From positions 7,267 to 71,266 of the IMG/VR virus record IMGVR_UViG_3300035701_000006: a stretch of DNA of 64,000 nucleotides; one strand, written 5' to 3'. This document shows, in pieces, positions 38,102-47,363 of this stretch. Source of the stretch: a virus. Its lineage: Duplodnaviria; Heunggongvirae; Uroviricota; Caudoviricetes. The notes under the pieces were generated by a model that was given only the letters and a program-made list of their open reading frames with translations, ran no database searches and was not told the DNA's origin. Both the position numbers and the translations under genes were made by a program. How positions within the stretch are numbered: position 1 is the first letter of the stretch; each line of letters begins with the position of its first letter.

Positions 38102-40834
38102 ATGGGCTTCCAACTCTGGGATCGGTTATCAGCCCTCGCACGACAGGCTCAGGTCTACGGCCAGGAGAGGCTGTTCACTAGCCAGACAAACCTTGATCGC
38201 ATCATATCCGGCGGCGAATTGCTCGACTTTGGTAAACAGCACGCCATTCTCGAGCAGACGAACCTTCAGATCAACCGCCTCGAACGCTACAAGGACTTCG
38301 ATCAGATGGACGAAGTCGGCGAGGTCTCGATGGGCCTCGACATGTACTGCCTCTCCGGCGATACAAAGATCCCGCTCCTTGACGGTACGAGTCCGACTAT
38401 CAAGGAGCTGGCTGAATCCAATCGCCGCGAATATTGGCTCTACTCTTTCGATGCCGAAACCGGAGAATATGTGCCAGGCCGCGCTTATGGCGCACACATT
38501 AGCGGTAGGAATGCAGATCTTGTAGAGGTCGAGTTTGACGATGGACTTAAGCTTCGCGTCACGGCCAGTCATAAGTTCCTAACGCGAGATGGGTATATGA
38601 AGGCGGCTGATCTGAAACCAGGACAATCCATAGTACCACTTTATAAGACGAATTCGTTGTCGGAATCTGAAACTCGTGAAACGAGGCGCTGCGGATCTGA
38701 TCAGCGCAAGATGGCGGAGAAGGGGTATGAGTTCATAAGAATGACGACAGGCGTTTGGAAGCCGACGCACCATTGGGTATATGAGGCCATCTTTGGCGAG
38801 CGTAAGGGTATTATTCATCACGAAAATCTGGCGAAAGGCAACAACGATCCAGCGAATCTGAAGCTGAAGACCTGGGCAGAACACCAGCGGATTCATATGG
38901 CCTTGGGTAGAAATCTACCTCCCGAGGTTATGGAAGCGAAGAGGAAGAAATGCTCAGAGAGAGTCAGAGCAAAATGGCAAGACCCAGAATACAGACTCAA
39001 GCTAAGAGGGCATTGCCAAGAGATGATGCAGTTGATGTATCATCGCGGTCTTGCCTTCAGACGCAAAGAAGAATATTCTAGGGTCGGTTGGGAAGAGCTG
39101 GAGAGATACGCGCAGAGCGGCGGTTCTCTGAGAGGTATAAGGATCATCGCACGCAGCCTACAGTGTGCCGATCGTGTCATAAACAGGATTCTCGACAGGC
39201 GAAATATTGACCTAGAGACCCTGCGCAGGTCGGCGGTCGGTAATCATAAAATTGTTGCTGTAATGCCCTGTGGTGTTGCTGCGGAGGTCTATGATCTCTA
39301 TGTCGAGAAACATCACTGTTTCGCCGCCGGCGACGGCAAATCATGGGTCATCGTCCATAACTCGGACGAGGGTACCGTCACGGATTCCGAGCGGAAGCAT
39401 ACCGTGATGGTGCGGGCGAAATCCAAGCGCGTTAAGGAAGAGATTGAGGACCTACTCTACAACATCCTCAACATCGACAGTTTCTCCCGTCCCGCCATTC
39501 GGTACCTGTGCAAGTATGGCGATGCGCCGTTTGAGATTATCCCGTCTAAGAATCGCGATGCCGTCGCCTCGTTGAAGTTCATGAACGTCTATAACTTCAC
39601 GCGCGTGGAGACGAAGTTTGGGGACCTGGTGGGCTTCTTCTACCAGGACGAGATCATGGCGACCCCGATCTTTTTGCATCCGTGGTCCGTCATGCACCTG
39701 CGTCTGACCAGTTTCGAGAACATCTACCACCCTTACGGCCGCGGCATTCTTGACCCGGCGCGCAAATCCTTCAAGCAGTTGAGGTTGATGGAGGACGCCG
39801 CGCTCATCTACCGCATTACCCGTGCTCCGGAACGCCGCATCTTCAAGATCCCCGTGGGCATGATTCCTGCCAAGGAAATCTCGGGGTACATGGAGATCAT
39901 CGCCCGCCAGTTCAAGAAGCGCCGTCTGTTCAATCCGGCGACCGGGGAGCTCGACGAGAGATGGTCGCCTCTGATCCAGGAAGACGATTACTGGCTGCCT
40001 GTGAGGCCGGATGGCAGCGGCCCTGACGTGACGACGCTGCCTGGCGGCCAGAATCTCGATCAGATTGCTGACATCGTCTACTTCAAGAAGAAGATGATGT
40101 CAGCCATGAAGGTCCCGTTCGTCAAGGCGGGGCTATCAGAGTCGACTGGCGAGGAATCGTCGAGGCCTGCCTCTCATATTTCTCCTGAGTTTGCGAAGTC
40201 TGTGCAATGGGTGCAGCGCGAGTTCCTGACAGGACTCAAGAAGGCCTGCATTGTGCACCTGGCTCTGCGCGGCCATAAGCTAGGCGACTTCAAGAACTTC
40301 GACCTCTTCATGACGGCATCTAGCGCCATAGATGAGCTCTATCGCATAGAGACGTGGAAGTCGAGGGCAGACGTCATCGGGAGCTTGAAGGATACGGAAC
40401 TGTTCCCTGATGCCTGGATTCTGCGCAACTTTACTGACATGACGGAAGAAGAAGTTGTGCAGCTTCAGAAGGAAAAGGCAGCCGCCGCTCCTCCGCCTGA
40501 GGAGGGAGATGAAGGCATGCCGTCGCTGCCCGAAGGATACGACGCGAAGGCGGAGAATAAGCTCATTACGGAATGGCGGCAACTCGAATCTACTCTTATC
40601 CCTGTCGAGAAGGAGCGGGTCTTCACGAACGGCTTCCTGAAGCTCCTCAGCGAAGGGCAGTTTGACGGACTTGAGGCAGGGAATAAGAAAGTAGAGCCCA
40701 AGGCGGATGGAAAGCTCATTACGGAGGCGAGGGACGCGACCAAGGCCCTCATTGAGATGAAGAAGGAGTTCGTGAAGCGGCGCGTCGTCATACAGGATGA
40801 ACCCACAGAGGAAGACCTACCGCCCCTGAGATGA
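38102..40834 (+). CDS. gp20: Portal protein (gp20-like) containing an intein
   Basis: MEDAALIYRITRAPERRIFKI, EDDYWLP, VTTLPGGQNL..IADI.YF.KK....KVP. The spliced junction reads GLDMY|SDE. Confidence 0.93.
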   Translation: MGFQLWDRLSALARQAQVYGQERLFTSQTNLDRIISGGELLDFGKQHAILEQTNLQINRLERYKDFDQMDEVGEVSMGLDMYCLSGDTKIPLLDGTSPTIKELAESNRREYWLYSFDAETGEYVPGRAYGAHISGRNADLVEVEFDDGLKLRVTASHKFLTRDGYMKAADLKPGQSIVPLYKTNSLSESETRETRRCGSDQRKMAEKGYEFIRMTTGVWKPTHHWVYEAIFGERKGIIHHENLAKGNNDPANLKLKTWAEHQRIHMALGRNLPPEVMEAKRKKCSERVRAKWQDPEYRLKLRGHCQEMMQLMYHRGLAFRRKEEYSRVGWEELERYAQSGGSLRGIRIIARSLQCADRVINRILDRRNIDLETLRRSAVGNHKIVAVMPCGVAAEVYDLYVEKHHCFAAGDGKSWVIVHNSDEGTVTDSERKHTVMVRAKSKRVKEEIEDLLYNILNIDSFSRPAIRYLCKYGDAPFEIIPSKNRDAVASLKFMNVYNFTRVETKFGDLVGFFYQDEIMATPIFLHPWSVMHLRLTSFENIYHPYGRGILDPARKSFKQLRLMEDAALIYRITRAPERRIFKIPVGMIPAKEISGYMEIIARQFKKRRLFNPATGELDERWSPLIQEDDYWLPVRPDGSGPDVTTLPGGQNLDQIADIVYFKKKMMSAMKVPFVKAGLSESTGEESSRPASHISPEFAKSVQWVQREFLTGLKKACIVHLALRGHKLGDFKNFDLFMTASSAIDELYRIETWKSRADVIGSLKDTELFPDAWILRNFTDMTEEEVVQLQKEKAAAAPPPEEGDEGMPSLPEGYDAKAENKLITEWRQLESTLIPVEKERVFTNGFLKLLSEGQFDGLEAGNKKVEPKADGKLITEARDATKALIEMKKEFVKRRVVIQDEPTEEDLPPLR
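38348..39361 (+). mobile_element. 338-aa intein with HNH homing endonuclease
   Basis: Block A CLSGDT, block B VTASHKF, block F VYDLYV, block G VHN|S, and the internal HNH THHWV...IIHHENLAKGNNDPANL. Confidence 0.93.
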
Positions 40835-40861
40835 TATTCTAGTCAAATATAGTATTAAATC

Positions 40862-43800
40862 ATGTTAAGGGAACTGCTCATGCCTAGGCCCATCGTTACG
40901 ATGGACGCGCGTAAGTTTCTTCACACGATCAATGAGTCCGCTCAGAGTCGTGTGAACTTCTTCTCCAGGCTCATATCTGAGCTGGGAAAGAAGGAGCAAG
41001 GCAGTTGGGCGTTGACCGCCCTTGGGCCTAAGTCCCTTGTCTTTGAGGACAAGGGAACGGGCGACTTCTTCACGGCAGACATCACGCCGAAGATGCACAA
41101 TCGCTTCGAGGTCAGCGGCATCAAGAAGGTGCAGATCGTCGAGGCCAAGAAGGGCGAGGCCTTCCGCAAGGCCTGCTCTGAGCTGATCGATGCCCTGTGC
41201 GAGGACGACACCAAGAGCGCCGACGGCGCTTTTTCCAAGATCGAGGCGTTCAGGTTCCGCTCCCGGGCCATCCCGGAGAGCGGAGTCGTCGCCACCCGCG
41301 ACGGCGAGGTGCGCCGCGTGAAGGTCACCGACGGGATCTTCACGGAGGGCATCCGCAAGTCCATCGTCGAGAGCTTTGTCGGCGCGGTCAAGGACGACGT
41401 CGTGCTGGAGAAGGGCCGCGTCGTCAGGGCCATTCTCGGCGACGGCACCGAGAAGTTCGACATTCCCATCAACGAGATGACCCGTCGCAGGGTGGTCGCC
41501 AGGCACATGAAGGTCTTCGCCGAGGACGCCTACAAGAGTGATGCGTTCCAGAGCAAGGTCATTTCGTGGGCCGGACTCGTCTGCGAGGACAAGATCGTCG
41601 ACGCCGTACAGGATGCTGCCAAGTTCCTTCGCGAGTACCAAGAGTTCTGCCTCCTGACCCTGCCGGAGACCCGCGAGCTGGTGTCGAACTCCCTCGCGGC
41701 GAAGGGCCAGTTCAACCAGAGGCTGGCGGAGGACGTCGGCCTCATGGTGTTCCGCACGAGCTTGAAGGTCAATCGCGGCGACATCGTCGAGAGCTGGGAA
41801 AGGACTGCGAAGCGGGCCGAGGATATGGATCTCCTCGAAAGGGCGAAGTCCCTCACGGAGTCCAAGGACTTCGAGAAGGACTACCAGAGCCTGCTCGGGT
41901 ACCTCTTCACGGAGGAAGAGGGATCGAAGACGACTCGCCACAAGGCGTATCACAACAGCCTGAAGATCATCCGCAGCGTGGTCGGCAAGATCGAAGGCAA
42001 CGAAGAGATGCTCGCCGCGATGGACGACCTCATCGCGAAGTTCGACCGCGACAAGATGGACGACGCAACCCTCTACGAGGTGGAGGATCTGCTCGCTTCC
42101 ATCAGCTCTGAGCTCATCACTGCGATCGGGCAGCTGGGCGGGGCTGAGATGCCTCCGATGGGCGGCGCTCCTGAGGGCCTCGAGGGTGAGGCTCCTGAGG
42201 GCCTCGAGGGTGGAGCTCCTGAGTCTGCTGTCGAGCTCCCGCCCATGGGTGGCGAGGGCGAGGGTGAAGAGGGCGGCCTTGAGGGCCTAGAGGGTCTCGA
42301 CCTCGGCGGCGGCGAGGAAGAGAAGGGCGAGGAAGAGAAGCCCAAGGAAGAGAAGCCCAAGGAAGAGAAGCCCAAGAAGGAGAAGAAGGAGAAGAAGGAA
42401 GAGTCCAAGGACGAGGATGGCGACAAGAAAGACGAGCCCAAGGACGAGTCCAAGGACGAGGATGGCGACAAGAAGGACGAGGAGCCCATCGAGGGTATGA
42501 GCGAGAGCCAGCTCAAGGAAGAGCTCGAGGGTTGGCGGGCCAACCATGCCACCTTCATCCTCGAGGACGGCGTGGACGACTGCATGCATCAGCTCTCGCG
42601 CTACGTCAAGCGCAGCCAGGCCGTCAAGAATGAGGAAGTGACCAAGGGCTTCAAGGCCATCGTGGGCCTCTACGAGGCAGCGGCCGAGGCCGCCCTCGCT
42701 GATCCGTACGGCACTGGGCCGGATCTGGGCGACCCCGCCCCGAAGATCAGCCTCGCGTACCCCTACAAGGGTGGCAAGCAGCCCTCTGACAAGGACGTCC
42801 AGAGGGTGAAGTGCCCCAGCTGCAAGTGGTGGCTCGGAGAGGCCGCCGATGACGTGCAGAAGACCATCACCAAGAAGGTCGTCGCCCACGAGTCCGTCGA
42901 CTGCCCCAAGTGCGGCACCAAGCTCGTGACTGAGGATGACGACATCACCGACCCCGATGCGTCCGATTACAGCGGCGATGTCAAGATGCCGCATTCGAAC
43001 ATCGGCGAGGGCAAGCACTCTGACTGCGCCAAGATTCTCCAGGAAGAGCTCGACACCTACAACGGCGACATCGATCTCGTCATTGAGGCGATGGAAGACG
43101 ACCCTACAAAGTGGAAGAAGATGTGGAGCTCCCTCACGGGCGATCGCACGCACAAGATGACGGCCTGCATGAGGGCGATGAAGGGCAAGGTCGAGAACCC
43201 TGCCGCCTTCTGCAACAAGCTCGCGCAGGTCGCTGAGGACAAGGACGTCACCGATCCGAGCAAGAAGGACTTCGGCAACGATATCAAGATGCCGCACGGG
43301 AACGACGGGCACAAGGATGAGAAGGGTGGCCTTGGTGACCGTACTGCCAAGGAGATGAAGCCCGCCAACATCGGGGCTGGCGGCATCACCGAAGACGACA
43401 CCAAGTGCAGGAAGTGCCCCAAGTGTGGCGCGACGATCCTCGGCGAGGCCCTCACCTGCTCGAAGTGCGAGACCGGCATGACGAAGACCGAGGACAAGGA
43501 CATCACCGATCCGAGCAAGAAGCAGTTCGCAGGCGACATCAAGATGCCGCATTCGAACATCGGCGAGGGTAAGTGCCCTGACTGCGGCGGCAAGCTGGTC
43601 ATCGACGAGGCGGATGACGCGCAGGTCGCGGTCTGCGAGGGCGACTGCGACGTCCTTTACGAGGCCAAGTGCCCGACCTGCGACACCAAGCTCGGTAAGG
43701 GCGGCTACTGCATCTCGTGCCGCAAGAAGTGCGCAGCCGAGGACCAGTTCAAGTGGGGCACCCGGCGCCGCCGTTACGGCTTCCGCCGGTCCACCATCAA

Positions 43801-44302
43801 CCAGCTCGAGGCGGAGTCCATCGAGTCTCCGTCTGAGCAGGCCCTGAGTGAGCACATCGACAGCGTGATCGCCGACATCGCGAAGGAGATGGAAGGCATC
43901 GCCGAGGACAAGGACATTACCAGCCCCGAGAAGGGCTCGTACTCCGGCGACACGGCTATGCCTCACTCCAACAAGGGGCATGACGTCCAGGGTACTCCCA
44001 AGGTCGGCGACGTTCTGAAGACCGGGCAGACCGCCAAGGGGTCTCCGACCCTGGCTGAGACCGGCGACAAGCCCGGCGAGACCAAGACCGAGGCTACGGA
44101 TGCCGAGGTGAATGCCATCGCGGCCCAGGTCAAGGTCGAGGACAAGGACATCACCGACCCGAGCAAGAAGGACTTCGGCAACGACATCAAGATGCCGCAC
44201 GGGAACGACGGGCACAAGGAGCAGGGCGGCGGGCTGGTGAACCCGAAGCTCCAGGATATCAAGCCCGCCAACATCAGTGGCGGTGGTCAGACGGTGGGGT
44301 AA
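40862..44302 (+). CDS. 1146-aa acidic repeat protein, probable prohead core/internal head protein
   Basis: Lies between portal and protease (the T4 gp67/68 position). Strong C/G3 codon bias, many (hydrophobic)-x-E sites, and a terminator follows. Confidence 0.55.
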   Translation: MLRELLMPRPIVTMDARKFLHTINESAQSRVNFFSRLISELGKKEQGSWALTALGPKSLVFEDKGTGDFFTADITPKMHNRFEVSGIKKVQIVEAKKGEAFRKACSELIDALCEDDTKSADGAFSKIEAFRFRSRAIPESGVVATRDGEVRRVKVTDGIFTEGIRKSIVESFVGAVKDDVVLEKGRVVRAILGDGTEKFDIPINEMTRRRVVARHMKVFAEDAYKSDAFQSKVISWAGLVCEDKIVDAVQDAAKFLREYQEFCLLTLPETRELVSNSLAAKGQFNQRLAEDVGLMVFRTSLKVNRGDIVESWERTAKRAEDMDLLERAKSLTESKDFEKDYQSLLGYLFTEEEGSKTTRHKAYHNSLKIIRSVVGKIEGNEEMLAAMDDLIAKFDRDKMDDATLYEVEDLLASISSELITAIGQLGGAEMPPMGGAPEGLEGEAPEGLEGGAPESAVELPPMGGEGEGEEGGLEGLEGLDLGGGEEEKGEEEKPKEEKPKEEKPKKEKKEKKEESKDEDGDKKDEPKDESKDEDGDKKDEEPIEGMSESQLKEELEGWRANHATFILEDGVDDCMHQLSRYVKRSQAVKNEEVTKGFKAIVGLYEAAAEAALADPYGTGPDLGDPAPKISLAYPYKGGKQPSDKDVQRVKCPSCKWWLGEAADDVQKTITKKVVAHESVDCPKCGTKLVTEDDDITDPDASDYSGDVKMPHSNIGEGKHSDCAKILQEELDTYNGDIDLVIEAMEDDPTKWKKMWSSLTGDRTHKMTACMRAMKGKVENPAAFCNKLAQVAEDKDVTDPSKKDFGNDIKMPHGNDGHKDEKGGLGDRTAKEMKPANIGAGGITEDDTKCRKCPKCGATILGEALTCSKCETGMTKTEDKDITDPSKKQFAGDIKMPHSNIGEGKCPDCGGKLVIDEADDAQVAVCEGDCDVLYEAKCPTCDTKLGKGGYCISCRKKCAAEDQFKWGTRRRRYGFRRSTINQLEAESIESPSEQALSEHIDSVIADIAKEMEGIAEDKDITSPEKGSYSGDTAMPHSNKGHDVQGTPKVGDVLKTGQTAKGSPTLAETGDKPGETKTEATDAEVNAIAAQVKVEDKDITDPSKKDFGNDIKMPHGNDGHKEQGGGLVNPKLQDIKPANISGGGQTVG
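42332..42376 (+). repeat. 3x 15-nt tandem repeat (EEKPK)
   Basis: GAAGAGAAGCCCAAG three times, in frame. Confidence 0.9.
42932..44220 (+). repeat. Five dispersed copies of a ~27-aa E-DxDITDP...D..MPH.N repeat
   Basis: Copies start at 42932, 43235, 43490, 43904 and 44138. Copies 2 and 5 are nearly identical over about 83 nt. Confidence 0.9.
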
Positions 44303-44350
44303 TGCTCATGGAGGTCGCCCCAACCAGGGCCCCACCTCCCCCCGGGAAGA

Positions 44351-44384
44351 AGAGGCCGTCGCGCAAGCGGCGGCCTCTTTTCTA
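44351..44384 (+). terminator. Intrinsic terminator
   Basis: AGAGGCCGTCGC-GCAA-GCGGCGGCCTCT followed by TTTCT. Confidence 0.85.
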
Positions 44385-44434
44385 TCAGGGCTGCGCAAAA
44401 ATAGTAGAAGAGGCAGTAGCACAGGAGATCAACC

Positions 44435-45115
44435 ATGAAGGCGACCATTGACAGGAACTACGTGTTTTCGACCGGCGACATCCCCGATGGGATGCAGCTG
44501 ATCACGGACTCCATGCCCTTCGAGGTGCTCGAGGTCAAGAGCGTCATTCTCGAGGGCGCAGGGCAGAAGGAACCGGTGATGCGGATCACCGGGATCTTCC
44601 AGAGGTCCGACAAGAAGAATGCCAATGGTCGCATTTACACGCAGGATGTCCTTCATGAGGCCGTCGAATCCGTGCAGGAGGACATCAAGAGCCGTCGCGT
44701 CCTTGGGGAGCTTGACCATCCGGCTGACGCCAAGCTGCACATGGACAGGGCCTCCCACCTCATTACCAAGATCTGGATGGACGGTCCCATCGTCATGGGA
44801 GAGGCGGAGATCCTTCATAAGCTGCCCTGTGGCGAGATGCTCAAGGCGCTGTTTGAGCACAAGGTTCAGATCGGCATCAGCTCCCGTGGGATCGGCGACA
44901 TGTCCGTGGAAGAGGACGACGGCGGGAACGAGGTGTACAAGGTCCAGCCCGGCTACAAGTTCGTGACCTGGGATGCCGTTGCGGAGCCCAGCGTTCCTGG
45001 CGGCCAGCTGATGGTCATGGAATCCCGCCAGAAGATCCGCAAGGCCTCTGAGGACGCTCGCCGCCAGCACGAGAAGATGATCGTCGAAGAGGTGCGGAAG
45101 CGTTTCAATGCATGA
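44435..45115 (+). CDS. gp21: Prohead protease (gp21-like)
   Basis: GIFQRSDKKNANGRIY, LGELDHP, GISSRGIG and TWDAVAEPS. Confidence 0.93.
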   Translation: MKATIDRNYVFSTGDIPDGMQLITDSMPFEVLEVKSVILEGAGQKEPVMRITGIFQRSDKKNANGRIYTQDVLHEAVESVQEDIKSRRVLGELDHPADAKLHMDRASHLITKIWMDGPIVMGEAEILHKLPCGEMLKALFEHKVQIGISSRGIGDMSVEEDDGGNEVYKVQPGYKFVTWDAVAEPSVPGGQLMVMESRQKIRKASEDARRQHEKMIVEEVRKRFNA

Positions 45116-45501
45116 ACCTCGCAACGGACGAGATCGTTGAGATTGTAAGGCGCGAGGTCATAGACCCGACCTTCGGTGACAAATCCAACTGGACCCGGGT
45201 CGGGTCCTTATTCAAGACGGTCGTCGAAGTGGAAGACGCACGATTCTTGCGAGAAGCCGGTCCCTCGTTTCTCCAGGACATCTCCGGATATTCCGTCGGC
45301 GTCATGCCCTGGGACGGCGCAAACGATGCCGAATACTGCATAGAATCTGGTAGGCCCGCAGAAGGCGTCATTGCCAAGTTCGTCATATCTGCCACTCCCA
45401 AGCCTAAGATGCATCGGACGGGAGCGGTGCTTGGGATCAGATCCGCTCCAAGCAAAGTTCCTACTGGAAACGAGATCCAGCAGATCGCTGACATGATGTG
45501 A
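45112..45501 (+). CDS. Hypothetical (head module)
   Basis: Coupled to the protease. Confidence 0.45.
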   Translation: MNLATDEIVEIVRREVIDPTFGDKSNWTRVGSLFKTVVEVEDARFLREAGPSFLQDISGYSVGVMPWDGANDAEYCIESGRPAEGVIAKFVISATPKPKMHRTGAVLGIRSAPSKVPTGNEIQQIADMM

Positions 45502-45508
45502 GGCTGTC

Positions 45509-45970
45509 ATGGACGACTCCCGCAGGTTCCAGACGATCCTTGAGTTCATCCTTGCCGATCCGCATGAGGTTGCAAGCGTCATCCAGAATACCATGGCCTC
45601 CAGCGTCATCTGGGTCAACGTGAGAAGGACAGACGTCACGCCGGGGCCGGATCCGGATACGGCGTTTCCACTGACCACGAGCACGATAGACGTGCGGAAG
45701 GACCCCAGGAGCGGGATTTCCGTGTCGGGTACCATTCGCGAGGCTGGAGATGCTGTCCAGATAGATGAGGCTAACGCTGACTTCGACATGGGTAATAACG
45801 TTGCCAAGTTCCTCATCCTGGGTGCATATTTCCTGTCAAAGTCGTTCTTCCGAAATAAAGATACCGCAGAATATAGGCAATACGACCTGAAGCAGCTGCT
45901 TCTGATGCTCCAAAGAAGGTGGAATGGCATAACGGACGCGGTTTATGGCGGTGAAAAATGGCAGCATTGA
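45509..45970 (+). CDS. Hypothetical (head module)
   Basis: 153-aa ORF. Confidence 0.45.
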   Translation: MDDSRRFQTILEFILADPHEVASVIQNTMASSVIWVNVRRTDVTPGPDPDTAFPLTTSTIDVRKDPRSGISVSGTIREAGDAVQIDEANADFDMGNNVAKFLILGAYFLSKSFFRNKDTAEYRQYDLKQLLLMLQRRWNGITDAVYGGEKWQH

Positions 45971-46221
45971 CGCCTGAGAAGATGCCGGAGAGGATAAAAG
46001 AGTGGCTCCGGGAGCATCCCGGAATGGTGGATAGCATACTCGCGAATCCGGAAAGCAAGGGGTGGCTCGAGCAGCTGCTCAATGATGTCTATGCGGGGCC
46101 CGCGGGAGAAAAGACGAGGCAGGCCATCCGCAGCGAAGCTTTGCGACTGGCCGGCATTCGAAAGAAGATGAAGGACGCCGGGATGGAAGCAAGGATCGAC
46201 GGCCAGCTCGGAGGCATATAA
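45958..46221 (+). CDS. Hypothetical (head module)
   Basis: Coupled ORF. Confidence 0.45.
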   Translation: MAALTPEKMPERIKEWLREHPGMVDSILANPESKGWLEQLLNDVYAGPAGEKTRQAIRSEALRLAGIRKKMKDAGMEARIDGQLGGI

Positions 46222-46526
46222 TGCTCACCAGCGTCCAGCGTAGGAAGGCAAGATATATCATCAGCGAGGCTGTTGAGCAGCTTCCGATCATCATCAAGGA
46301 ACTGGCAGCCCACATTAAGAAGCTCCAGGAGAGCATCAAGGAATTCAAGCGCATCAACCCGGAAGGCGACGTGACTCAGTTCGTCCCGAAGGACATCGAT
46401 AGGCTGGCTGGTGGTGTCAAGATGAACAGCTTCATCAACTGGAAGGCGTTGTTCGACTCCGTGAAGCTGCCCATGACGGGTCCGAAGCCGCCAGTGTCAC
46501 CAGCACCAGAAAGGCCGATGATATAG
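46221..46526 (+). CDS. Hypothetical (head module)
   Basis: Coupled ORF. Confidence 0.45.
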   Translation: MLTSVQRRKARYIISEAVEQLPIIIKELAAHIKKLQESIKEFKRINPEGDVTQFVPKDIDRLAGGVKMNSFINWKALFDSVKLPMTGPKPPVSPAPERPMI

Positions 46527-46626
46527 GCTGTAGTTCAGCAATTGAGATAGAGATGATACTGAAGTACATAATCTAGTCAAAAATAACTGTAAATTCGCCC
46601 ATCAAATTCCTGGCACGGAGGGAGCA

Positions 46627-47334
46627 ATGGATAAGATCCGCGAGCTGCTCAAGAAGATCGGCGCCTCCGAGGAGCTGGCCACCCAGATCATGGAGGAGCT
46701 CGATCGGTACACGACTTCCTCCCGCGAGAAGCTCGAGACGGAGTATCAAGTCAGGATTCAGAAGGCGAAGAAAGTGTGTCTGGAGGAGGTCGCGAAGGAG
46801 AAGGCTCGCATCGCCCACAAGGTCGAAGTATTCCTCGAGAGCAAGGCGGCGTCCATCGAGCGTGCGGCGGCCAGGCAGAGGGCCATTGAAGAGTCCGCTG
46901 CTGTTGCGGCGCTTCGCAAGGTCAAGGGAGCCTTGGGCGTCGAGAACGGCAATAGCGAGGAACTCCAGGCCCTCCAAAGGAAACTGGCCCGCATCGCCGA
47001 GCAGGCGAACGCCCTGAAGGAGGAGCGTGATCACGCGGTCGAGAAGGCCAACCAGGCCAACAAGATCGCGTCTCGCGTCGTTCGCAGGGCCAGGCTCCTG
47101 GAGGCGAAGGCTCCGGAGACGAAGCCCGAGGCCAAGCCCGCCAAGGTCGTGACCGAGGACGAGGGCGTGGCCGGACTCGCCGCCGCTAGGACTGCCACGG
47201 CGGAGCCGAAGACGAGCGTCGTGAGCGTCGCTGACGTTCCTCCCGTCGTAGCGCCCGTCGCCGCCAGGATGACGGCGACTGTCCCCAACTCGCCTGAGGA
47301 CATCGCCAACTCGATGGACAGGGAAGTGGCGTAA
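46627..47334 (+). CDS. Prohead scaffold (gp22-like)
   Basis: Charged coiled-coil protein immediately before the capsid gene, with late motifs upstream. Confidence 0.7.
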   Translation: MDKIRELLKKIGASEELATQIMEELDRYTTSSREKLETEYQVRIQKAKKVCLEEVAKEKARIAHKVEVFLESKAASIERAAARQRAIEESAAVAALRKVKGALGVENGNSEELQALQRKLARIAEQANALKEERDHAVEKANQANKIASRVVRRARLLEAKAPETKPEAKPAKVVTEDEGVAGLAAARTATAEPKTSVVSVADVPPVVAPVAARMTATVPNSPEDIANSMDREVA

Positions 47335-47363
47335 GCGTAACCCAAACATTCGAGGATGTACAG

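Noticed and set aside
42287-44215. 642-aa minus-strand ORF, and similar long antisense ORFs at 40865-41953, 47031-49016 and 25254-26438
   Set aside because: These are shadow ORFs opposite strongly C/G3-biased genes. They have no motifs and the typical V/L/D/G-rich antisense composition.
42932-44220. Dispersed repeats as a CRISPR array or DGR template/variable repeats
   Set aside because: They are in-frame protein repeats with irregular spacing and synonymous variation. There is no adenine-specific pattern, and no cas or RT gene in the window.
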